NCBI GenBank assembly: GCA_036172245.1
Contig: JAYWIR010000013.1
Coordinates: 4,216,001-4,280,000, forward strand
Source: Raillietiella orientalis
Lineage: Eukaryota
Direction: 5' to 3'
Length of the DNA: 64,000 nucleotides
Shown: in pieces, positions 12,892 to 23,969 of the stretch
Layout of the letters: the number at the start of each line of letters is the position of its first letter
Numbering within the stretch: position 1 is the first letter of the stretch
Made by a program: the position numbers and the translations under genes
The notes under the pieces: generated by a model
What the model saw: only the letters and a program-made list of their open reading frames with translations
Told to the model about the DNA's origin: nothing
Databases searched by the model: none

Positions 12892-14810
12892 ATGTTTTGC
12901 AGCATCCTGTGGCTTGCCTCACAAGTAAGTGTATTATCAAAGTGACTTCATTTGGATTGTGTGCTTTAAATCCATGTGATCATTTTAGCAACAGTTGTCT
13001 CGTGAGGATGCCGAATTTCAATTTTATGTAAGTATCCGCAGTAAAGTTGTAGATCATCAGTTATCTGAAAAATTTTACGTTTTAATAATGGGGAATCGTT
13101 TTACATGGCATTTTAATGCCCCGACTTTCTGTTAGAAATCCACTGGCCATTCATTTGATGAAAAAAACGTGTTGAGGTTCGTTATGAAGGACAAGGGTCA
13201 CATGGCTTTAAGGTTTGCAAGTGCATATCTAATACAACAGCCAGTTCTTGATACGCATTTGATTAATGGAGACTTGAAACAAGTAATACTTTGGAATGGA
13301 GCAATGGTAGCATGATTCGTTTTGATCCCGTTGTTCACTTTCATACTTCCAGAATGAGGAAGCAAATCAGTTATTTCGAAACATTACTTCTACCAAGACA
13401 ACAGAAGAGTTTCTTCAGCGTATATCATGTGTGAAAGCACCGTTTTGTTTTGTTTACTGGAATCCGGTACTCAAATGTTTGTATTTTGGTAGAGATATGC
13501 TGGGTAGAAAAAGTTTATTATGGAACATGGACAATATGGAAGAACATGGCCTGATACTGTCTTCATTTGGAAGTTGGCAGTCAGTTAATTCAGAAGTCCC
13601 TGCACTAGGAGTGTTTTGCTTACTCTGCAATGATGTGGAACAAAAAGTGGAATTACATTTGTACCCTTGGAAACATAAAATTGTGGAATGCCAGCAAGGA
13701 AACCTGTGGATAATTAAGGAGGCTATTCCTACTCCTATATCGTTAGAGTTTCATCCTGAATGTTCTCCTCCTTGTGATATGCTTCCAAGCAATGCAGATC
13801 AGTTGTACATGCACTTTCCAAAGGATATCTTAAAAGAGTTTTGGGAACTAATCATCCAAGCAATTGAAAAGGATTGTGGATCAAATGCACTGGCAATTCT
13901 TTTTTCTGGAGGGTTGGACTCAACCCTTCTAGCTGTTGCAGCCCATCACCGTTTAACTGCTGAAACACCTCTTGACCTTTTAAATGTTGCATTTTATAAA
14001 AATCCTGACGAAAGAGTTCCTGATAGATGCAATGCGTACAGAACGTGCAGAGAATTATGCAGGCTATTTCCTAGTCGTGTGTTTAATTTAGTGGAGGTTA
14101 GTGAAGTATAGTTAAATGTGTCAAAATTATATATGCAGATAAATGTTAGCATCCCTGAGCTGCAGAAAAAGCGCCAAGAGCGCATCGCCCAGCTAATTTA
14201 CCCCAATAACACTGTGTTGGATGACAGCATTGGGTGTGCTATGTGGTTTGCCTCTCAGGGAAAAGGCTGGTTGAATGGCAGGATGTACACAACTAAAGCA
14301 TCACATATATTAGTTGGTATTGGTGCTGATGAACAGCTTTGTGGATACAGACGGCACCATACTTCATTTATACTTGGTGATTGGTCTACTCTGCAGAGTA
14401 CAATTCAGCAGGAGTTATTCCGCATTTCTTATCGAAATTTGGGTAGGGATGATCGCGTGCTGTCAGATAGTGGTCGCATTCCCAGCTACCCATTTTTGGA
14501 TCTGGATGTTGTGCAGTATCTCACAAAATTGCCAATTTGGCTGAAAGCAAATTTGAATTATCAGCAAGGAATCGGAGATAAGCTCTTGCTACGCTCATTA
14601 GCCTTTTATTTAGGCTTGACTCAGTGTTGTAAATTGCCTAAAAAGGCTATTCAGTTTGGATCTCACATTGCTAAGCTTGAAAGCAAGAAAGAAAAGGGAT
14701 CTGATAGGTGCTCACGACTTCAAATTGGTGTTATTGCTGATACTATGAATGAATTGGAACAGCATAAAGGGGACGAACTGAAAGTACAAATGGTTGTCCC
14801 ATATTCATGA
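12892..14810 (+). CDS. ASNSD1: Asparagine synthetase domain-containing protein 1 (5 exons: 12892-12924, 12989-13027, 13136-13306, 13353-14096, 14139-14810; ~552 aa)
   Basis: Motifs QQPV...ILWNG, FGRDMLGRKSLL, ILFSGGLDS, LDLLNVAF, VPDR, LDDSIGCAMWFASQG, GIGADEQLCGY, RNLGRDDR, PFLD, GDKLLLR, PKKAIQFGS. Introns are GT-AG and keep frame (64, 108, 46, 42 nt). Exons 1-2 are less certain than exons 3-5. Confidence 0.93.
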
Positions 14811-17800
14811 ATTTTGTTCCTCCTACCTTCACAGCTCTTGTCAGAGAGAAGCTGAATGTCATCCAGCAATAAAATACTGTGTTGCGTTCTCCCTTCTATA
14901 GCTATCTGAAAAGCATGTTTGTGAGTGACCAGCACTTGGCCATACTGCCATCCTGTCCACTGATGTTGGCTAGTGTTGTCATTGGTAACTAATATGTCTT
15001 GATGATCTAGGGACCATAGCGTGACCCATGTTGAAGATGTCTGAACACGTCTGCATAAAAGCAAAAAGAGCTCCATTGGCCTGAAGATGCGAACACTTAC
15101 TGCCGTATTTGTAACTGTACATCACCACTCCGGACGACTGTGCCAAACCAAAATGTCATGCAGTAAGAAAAGTTGGGTAGGATGGCAAACTCCTCCAGAG
15201 TAATAATTTGTGATGAGACATCTGTATCGAAGTTTCCGAATGCAAGGTAGCAACCTTTTCGTGGTAGGATACCATTATGTCAACCTGATCTGATCACTTT
15301 GTGACATTTATGTCACGTGGTTTAAAAAGCAGTTCAGCTCCTTAAGTTGTTTTTTGAATGCCATTAATTATTCAATAAATTTGCCTCTTGAAAATTGCGA
15401 ATTGGGATTTGAAAGTCAAATTCTGTATTCTCTATAGCTATGGCCAGTACCGACTACTGTTGGAGGGAAACGATGCCATGCAATCTCCACGGCAGTTTAC
15501 CCCAAAGTTTGAATCAAAGGGTTTTATATGCGTAGGTCCGTAATGGGTCGGTAATCTTGGGCGCTAGCACGATTCTGTTTATAAACGGTGGACCGAAACT
15601 GATAAGTGTTGCAAATGGCTGCTAGTGTTGGGCATGACTCTGTGCTCAACGCGGGCCTATGCAATTTATGGGTGCACATGGGGATTCACTGTTTGTGAAC
15701 AAAAAGAAAAGAAAAGAAAAGAAAAAAGGCTGCTGTTTCAGAAAGGCTTCGATTACGCCCAGCACGTGGTTTCTTTGTTTTCCATATTGATGGTTCTGGA
15801 GTTGCGATCGATGGTGGGAACCGTGAGCACCTCCTTCCGCGAGGCTTTATCCAAGGGTCCCCAAAGTCCGGTTTAATGCCCATTCCCGAAAGTTCGCACA
15901 GTGCTTTGGAAAAATTTTGCTTATTTGGAAAAAGTTGACTTTTCTTTTAAGGTTTTCGTAATGAGCTCGTAAATCCTCTGTGTGAAACAAGCGTAATACC
16001 CTGCACTTACGAACGAATCGGTTTGGGGTCACCGTCATTACGAGTGCATGTTCTGAATATTAAAGGCAATTCTTCGTTCCCACTTGTTGGTAAAGAAATT
16101 CCTCCCCTCCCCCCTCCCCATTCATTTCCGAACACAGAAGTTTTTCATGCACTCAATACGCGGCTGGAGATTGCGTACAGCGTTCCTCAAGCAACGTGCG
16201 TGGATTTCCACTCGAGGGAACTGTACGCAAACGGGGTTTGCGTACAGTTCTCCCCTCGAGTGAAAACTCCTTCACATCATCAGCATTTCGGTGATATCAC
16301 CTAATGCCACGGTGGCATGTGCTGCCGTAATTTCACTTTGCCACTCCGCATTTCGGCAGTGACCGTGCACAACCGGTGCTCGGGGACAGCGTGCAAAACG
16401 AACAGAAATGAGCTTTACAGTTTTCTGCCCCGAAAGTGTGGTCTCGTAGGTTGGGGGTGTTTTCCATTTTCTCGTGAGCCATTTTCCAGGTCTTTCTGGG
16501 GTCGGTCAGGCCTAAGGAATACCAGCTGCATGTAGAGTCCATAAAACCGTTGGGAGTGGGGGCTCCATCGAAGAAACAGTCGTATGGTCCTACGATCGCT
16601 TGAGCTGGTTCTATAGGGACCGTAGGCAAAAACATGGATTAGGAAACACTGCATAGGGCTCAAAACGTTGGTACAAGGACCGCTCTTCCCTGTGACGAAC
16701 ATGCTGCCTTTCTTACCGGTATTGCATTCTCCTTCGTAAACAGTAATGTCGTCGACTGCAATAACGCCTTGGTTAGTGTGACCTCGGATTCCTTCGAAAA
16801 CTATTATCTGATGCTCTTTCACGTGTAATTTCACTTTTGCCAGTTTCCAGTCACGGTTCTGGTCGTTGTTGAGACGCCATACAGTCACTCTTCGGGATTT
16901 CGTCGTGTCATATTTACTGATCTACCGCCCTACTAAAGGCATTCTCGTGATGGCACCGGGAAAGTACCTCTAATGCGCCCAGTATGTGCTCAAAACCATA
17001 AGCTATGTGCATGTAATACCAAAAGGAAAGGCAGCAGGAAGTAGAGTGCAGTGATGTTTCGTGAAGGGGTATGCTCGTGAAATTCGACCTTGCGCCATCC
17101 GGGTCCAAGAAGTGTCCCGTGTCAAACTTCAGGAAGGCGCCTCTGCATCGTGAAACCTTGAAGCAACTTTAGCAGAACAGAACCGATTACCTAATTGCTG
17201 AAAGATGATCAGAGTCGAAATCTCCGTGCTTCAAGTGGATTTTATTTTCGCGCACTCGCGACCAGAGCACGCGTGCAAGCAGTGGTGTGAAGGCGATCCT
17301 CCATGCACACGTATGCTCAGAAAACGTGCAGTCCAACGACTTCACACTGCTCGCGAACGGTACGACTGGTGGGAACCACACTGTGCAACGCTCACCACCG
17401 CAGGGAAATGCATACCTGGGCATGCCGTTTCTCTGATGTCGATGCTGTCTATCGCGACGTCGCTTCTTCCAGGTTGTCCTATTTCAGCCTCGATCCCGAT
17501 CTGCGTCGGTCCTACATGGTGAGCAGACCCCCACGAAAAAGAATTCCCTACCCAGAATTCGGAGTTTGGCGAAGACAAGGTGACCTCTCCTTTGACCCAG
17601 TCGTCCCTGCTTTTCGCCAGCTGTCGCTTCAAGTGCCAAACAGGAATCGTGTGCTCAAGTGTCATCAGCAGAATTCTTTAAGGAGCGAAAAATGCCGTGC
17701 AGTCGTACATTCCATTACTTTAGTGATCCAAATCCACTTCCGTAGGTGCTGAAGAAGAAGCTCAGGCAGAGCGGTCCCGTGCTGTCCGTGCGGTTCAGCT

Positions 17801-20448
17801 TCGAACTTTGCAGCAAGGTCGTGTCTCCCGTTTTCCTGGGATAATCAGAGTCCGCGAAAGCATAGCCACCTTTTTGTCGGAAAGAGAATTCTTGCAGGGT
17901 GCACAGTGACCTCGGTTTCTTTCCACTGAGCTCAGTGGATTTCCTCAGAAAAATTCTACTGAAAGGTTATTTCTGTCCAGGAAAGCGCTATCATTGGTGG
18001 TTGTTATCATTCAGGTGGGATCACGTCATCGTGCTTTCCGGGAAATGCAACGTTTTTGTGGAAGATGGACGCAAACGTAATCAAATGCTGTGCATTTCCT
18101 TAATAAGAATGTTTTGTGTTTTTGCATATCGACTGCGTTTTTTGATGCTTCGAAAGGGGAAAACAAATGCCGGGGTTTCCCCCCCCCCCCCCCAAAAAAA
18201 AAGGGGGTTCGTCGGGTTTTCTACATCTCCAGCGTTTCCGATATCGCCTTGAAGATGAAGGGAAACCCAAAATGTCTCAAACGCGTCCACGAGAAGTGCT
18301 GACATAAACTAACTTCTCTTCTTCTTCTACTACCTTTTCTAACTTCGGGTATTCAATTTAATTTCTCTGGGGGAGGGGTGCCTTCGAATTTGGTACTGGT
18401 GTACCAGCATCCAAACATGTGGTGTGTTTCGGATGACTTTGTTTTGTGTGTGTGTTCTTCGATTCGCAAGTGTCTTTACAAGCGTGGCTGTCCACAGAAC
18501 TCTTCCCTCCTATACTCTAAGCGAAAGAGAGATTTTTTTTTTTTTTTTTTTTTTACTGTGGTTTCAAACTTTCGGTCCTTCCTTGTTGGGTCCATAAACG
18601 CCCCGTAATGGGAACCACCTCGTAATCTTTAGATCCTGTCGAGATCTTATCGTTGTCTCCATCCAAAAAGAGTCAAGTGTTTACCTTTGCTTATTACTTT
18701 GGGGGCTGGTGTTGGTGTAGCCTCATCCACGAGGAGCAGAATCAAAATATTCCGTGCTTGTTTGCCACCTTGTTTGCCACGCTGGACCGTTTCGAGGATC
18801 GAAGCGGTCCAGCGTGGAGGATGGATTCGGGATTTTTTAAGAATTCGCGACAAATTTTCGAAATGTTGCGCTACGTGGACTCGGAAGGGTGGGGCCCCAT
18901 TTGAATACTTTCGATTTTCGACAAGAGGAACCGTAAGCCTTCATTAAATATCTCAAGCAAAGCGTCGGAATGGAGGCCTTCGGCAAAAAAACTGGACGCC
19001 ACGGAATCTAATTAGGAATGAAAGAGAAAAAAAATTTTTTACTGTTGGTCTCTTGGCGCACAAAAAAGTCGTAATCTCTGGTCGGTCCAGTGGAACTCTT
19101 AGTGCTCCCTATGGAAAGCTTCCAGTCAAAAGAACTTACAGATTTGTTCTTCCATGCCTTTTGTGACTTCCAGCTGCAAAAATCGTTATCGAAATTGCAT
19201 GAATCTGCAAATGATATAATAAAAAAGGACAAGTGATGAGCGATCCTGGGGTACAAGGGGAAAAATAGAATGTTTTAGATTTTAGCATTGCCGGTCCGCG
19301 TCATCACGCCGAAAGCACGGAGAGAAGGTGCAAGAAATTTTCCTTCAAGCTGCATGCCATTTTCTTTTGCAAATGAGGAAACCGTCTGATTCGTCGTGGA
19401 GCCCATCCGCGCCCTCAGTTTCCTGATTTGCACTGCCAAGTGACCTCTGCTTGTGCTAGTCTTGCGAGGACAACGGCATCGGCGGCGACCAAAGTGCAGA
19501 CTCGTGCCCCAGAAAGGTCGTGTGAAACGGAAGGTGGGTCAGAGGAGCCGGGCGGAACTGGATCGAAGAACTGGGTGCGTTCCGAGTTAAAGGTGCCCTG
19601 GAAACCACGTGTGCCGGAAGGCCCGGTCGGGCGTTGGCCGAGTGCACCGGTGCAAGCGGACGATGGACGGACTTACTTCTGCAGTGCTCCCTTTGCAGGA
19701 AGATTTCGTCGATGGCCACGTATCCCGCAGTCCCGTAGCCTTTGGAAACCGCTTCGAACAACAGGTAGAAGGAAAACTCGGAGTGGATCGCCACTTCCGC
19801 GGACAGCCATTTCCCAAACGTGGGCTTCTGCGATCTCCACAGATCGAACAGTCCTGTCAGAGGCACCACGGTCCTCATTTCAGCCTTGAGAAATTGCTTG
19901 CGCGTATGGGTGGGAAGGTGCGGCTGAAGGTCGCTCGGCGGTGGCTGATCCGGATGGCCCGATTCGCCGCCTGGATAAGCTCCGAAGAGTTTGCTTGGGG
20001 AGCTGGACCCGCGGCTGCCGCTGGGCCCTTGTGCAGTGGTGATCTTGGTGATTTTCAGGAAACCTGGATGCTCCCCATGTATGTTGTACTTCAGGTGAAT
20101 TGCTGGAATCGAAGTGATTCGCATCGCGGAAAATACCTGGAACGAGAGGCAGGCTCCACGAGCGTTTGCAGGGGGGTATTTGGGAGAGATCATCCACGCC
20201 GATGCTTCAGCCACCATGGGGAAAGTGTCGACGAAAGCGTACCCACTGGATGGGTCCTCTTTTGCATCGAGGTGAGGACCTCCCTTCCAACGGTCTTTTC
20301 CAGATGTGCTGAGACGCCAGGGGTAGGCGGAAATGTTCATCATAAATCCGCACGAACTGACGATCCCTTCTAGGGTACTAGGAAAGGTGCAGTTCCCTAG
20401 AATGATCTGTGCCGTTCCATTAGATGCATCGTCGCTGTTACCAATGAA
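14720..20448 (-). CDS. Multi-exon gene for a protein with four tandem MAM domains (MAMDC2/MALRD1-like); 5' end not located
   Basis: Four complete MAM patterns (C.F....C.W ... C(L/M)(S/T)F ... W ... IA(I/V)DDI...C): MAM1 ~20440-19680 (GNCTF..SCGF, ACLSF, VAIDEIFLQREHC), MAM2 ~19205-17420 (SCNFDNDFCSW, LCLSFF, VAIDSIDIRETAC), MAM3 ~17345-16720 (DCTFSEHTCAW, CCLSFWYYM, IAVDDITVYEGEC), MAM4 ~16615-14830 (DCFFD..TCSW, RDHT, YCMTFWF, LLDDIQLLSDKSC). GT-AG junctions found between exons. Confidence 0.88.
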
Positions 20449-22190
20449 CTGGTCATCAAGGGGAAAAGAGAATGATCCGATAGGGGTCCGATTTTTGTAA
20501 TTCTACTTCTTTTTCCCTTTGGGCTCACTTCTTCGTGCAGATGGGGGGCGCGTGCAGCGGGGATGGGAGAGCGGTCTGAACGTGCGCGTGAGGATGTGGG
20601 CACCGTGTTCTGGACAGTGGTGGTTGCTTCCGCGCTGGGGTGTGGACGTACGTCCGCTGACACCTCCCAGACAAACCCGAGTTTCGAATTTCCTGGGAAA
20701 CGGGGCTGCGTACCCGGCGCCGGGCGACTGTGAGTTGCGGCTCGGGGCCACCTGCTAGGCCACCCTTCCGTGCCTCCCATGCTCCTATGCTGCACACCGG
20801 TGTCAAAGCACTTTAAAAAAAGAACGGCGATTTGTGGTATCGCGGGTAGTTTTGGCTTATGTGTATGAAATGGGGGCTGGCTGGAACATTGGTTGTGGGT
20901 GTGGTTTGCGGGTTGTGTGTTGGGATAGGGGATCGCGGGGTATTAAATGGGGTGATTATAAGAATTAAGTTGTCGGCACGGGGCTGTATGTCCTTTGTTT
21001 CTGATTCTTCATGTTTGCCGTTTGATGCTTCTCAGTGCTTCTCAACTGCAGTGGTATAATTACGCTTTCGTGTAATCTTGTCGGGAATGGAATTTTGCTG
21101 ATGGATGCTGGATGAATGGCTCTTGAAATCGTGTGCTTCTAGAAGTTGTTTTCCAGGGTGAGTTCTCAACTGAACCAGCATTCACGAGGAAGAAATGCAA
21201 AGGAAAACAATGTGGCTTGGGTTGATCGCGTGTGTGCTCAGCACATGGAAAAGTGGCCAACGGCATCGAACATATGCCATTCATTGGACACCAACTCCAT
21301 CCGCGAGGTTTTGCGAAAGACGAAAGTGCCGATTGACTTCGGGAGTGTTGAGGGGGTGAAAATCGGAGAAGTGAGCGACTCCTAGTCGGCACTCTCTAAC
21401 TGGGATATCAAAATGGCAGCTCAGCCTTCCTTTCGAGGGAAGCGACTGCTGGGGCACCTGCGCAACCGAATCTTCCGTGGCAGGTGCTCTGGGAATCGAA
21501 AATCGTTCACTTCTATGTGCACTTTTCTCCATGATCAAGTGGGGTGAACGTCTGTTCCCATGGAGAGCGGACTCGGGATTGCGTAGGAACAAAACCTTCG
21601 TAGCTCGGAATCGCAATCAGGGAAGTCGCCAAGCGACGGGTTGAATGAGCAAATGGAAACGAAATCCCATTCTACGGCTTTCAGCTGGCTGGAGCGCTCG
21701 CAATGATTACTCCAAACAACGATTTCGGGCTTCCTTGCTGGTGAGAGATTTCCAGGATAGTGTGCTTCGTGCAATTCTTCCGAATCTTTGCGAAAGAGGA
21801 AGCGCTTCGGGCTGGAAATGGATCTCAACGGTGGAAGTGAAGCACCTAAATGCGAGCTGATACCGAGCACACGAACCGCCCACAAGGTCAACGGTGTCCA
21901 TAATGACAGGACTTTCCAATGTTAAGGAACGGGAGCTACGGGAAGCGAATGAAAATAGGGTCGAAAGGGGTGATTTGTTTTGATTTGAATCGGCGAGCCT
22001 TTTTCTGACGAACATCGCCCCTCCCAAATGCTCATCCGTGAACTGATTGGCATGGATCACTTTCGATGTCTTTGCCAGGGACACGCTCTTGGCCAGTTCT
22101 TCTATCGCTCCTACGCACTCTTCCGTCCTCCGCAACATGACGTCAAGAGTGCGCGGCGGCATACGACGCTCTTGAAGGTGAAAGCAGTGG

Positions 22191-22242
22191 GTCGCAACCG
22201 TGGTCCCCACGGGGAAGTCCCCGTGGGGACCACGGTTGCGAC
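22191..22242. repeat. Perfect 25-bp inverted repeat with 2-nt loop
   Basis: GTCGCAACCGTGGTCCCCACGGGGA-AG-TCCCCGTGGGGACCACGGTTGCGAC. Confidence 0.97.
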
Positions 22243-23969
22243 GGCTTGATCTTCGTCGGAAGCGGATTCGTGGGAATTCCCCGTGTCAGTGCTACCATCT
22301 TCACGGGAAATCGTTCGGAATGACCTATTGCCTTAAGACAGGTACTTGATATCTGGTAGAAGAATCGCATCCTCAAGTCTTTTCCAATCCGGAGCTATCG
22401 AGAGAGCAAAAATTCGAAGCGTGCCCCTGTAAATTCCATGAATGCTGCATCGATTGACTTTTTTCTTCTTTTTGATCGAAGTGCCCAGCCGCTTAGAAGC
22501 AGGTTGGGAGAGCAAACTGATGCTGCTCTTAGATTCACAGTTCATTTGCAGTCTGACGAATCCAAGCTGCTGAAGAGAGGCATACATCATAAAAAGAATT
22601 TTTAATGCGAACACTGAGGATCCCGAGTTCATCCTCAATGCCTCAAGGACAGCGATGATTTTTTCAAAGACTTTATATTCTCTTCGGAGATTATTACCTC
22701 GAAGATGGGTCCGGAATTATCATCCCGATCGAAACGAGATTTTTCGGCGTAGCGACGTGAGTGTGCGTGTAAACACTCTGTGGGAGTGTCCATTTCAAAG
22801 CCACAGCTCCTGTGGTTGCCCCTTTCGCGTTCGAAATTCCGTAACTGCATGGAAACGAGTGAAGCTGCAGTCAGGAGCTCTCGCGCCCACGTCGAGAACT
22901 CCTTCGCGAAACCCCGATTTCGCCCCGAGGCGTTTCGGGAGACGCTTTTCGCACGTCTCGCGGGAAACCGTGGGGCCCGTGCCAGAAGTGCCCAGAGCCC
23001 GCGAAAAGCGCGCGACACCGAAGAAGCAGAATCAAAGAGTCAGGATGGAACAGTACCTTCCCCATTCTCACACCGAAGAGTCGATGCACCCGAAGGAAAT
23101 CAGGCTTTGAAAAGCTTGATGGCGGTCTACCTTCTGGTCCTGGGAAGCAGCTTGAATTCCAAGAAGGCCGGCGCTCAAGAGGACTGCAATCTTCGAGCGA
23201 AGCAGTGGTCCAAAATCCCGTTTTCTCCTCATTATTCGAATTGCCTGAGCGAAAGCCCACGGGATCACGCCCGGCGGTCCTGGAACTTGCGCGGCGCGCA
23301 CCCAAATGGAATCGCCCGCCCTCGTCAAAATTTTCCCGGTTCATTCGCCGCCCAAATGGTGGATGCTCTCTTCGGAGAACGTCAGCTTTGTACGAAAGGG
23401 AACTTCTCTCTCTCTCTCTCTGCTTCCGGAGGGAGCACAATGGTTTTCGATAGCTCGGTGTCCCAGAATTTCGTTCGTTTTGTTTTAGGTGAAAACGAGC
23501 ATTTCATCCTCAACTTTTGTTCCCACTGTACGCGCCCTAAAGAATGGAAACAAGTAGGGATGTGCGGCACAATGACCAGAGTTCGGATCTCGTGAGAATC
23601 CTGGATTCTGTATCTGCTGAATGGAAAAACGGGGCGACCTGCCGAGGCAGCCGATCAGCATACGCCTAGTTCTTTGCACGAAAAGTAGGGTACAGAGTCC
23701 ACAGTTAAGCTAGCGGTTTCTTGCCCGCACCTAGGATGGCGTGTGAAGGACGGTAATCAGCTGCACCACTCTGAAACACAGTAGCTGGTCCAAGAAGATT
23801 GACCGTCTTGGAACACTGGTTTCCCCCGGTCTGGTAATATTATAGACAACTCGTACACGAAAACGATACGTTCACATCTGCATCCGTATCGAAACACCAT
23901 CGTCCACAGCACCATTTAGTATTTTTTCAGATTTTTGTCAGTTGGAGTTATGGGTCATTCCAGTCACTT

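Noticed and set aside
22333..23595. ORFs upstream of the MAM gene as its signal-peptide exon or as a separate gene
   Set aside because: No convincing signal peptide plus splice donor and no recognisable domain; cannot be supported without RNA data.
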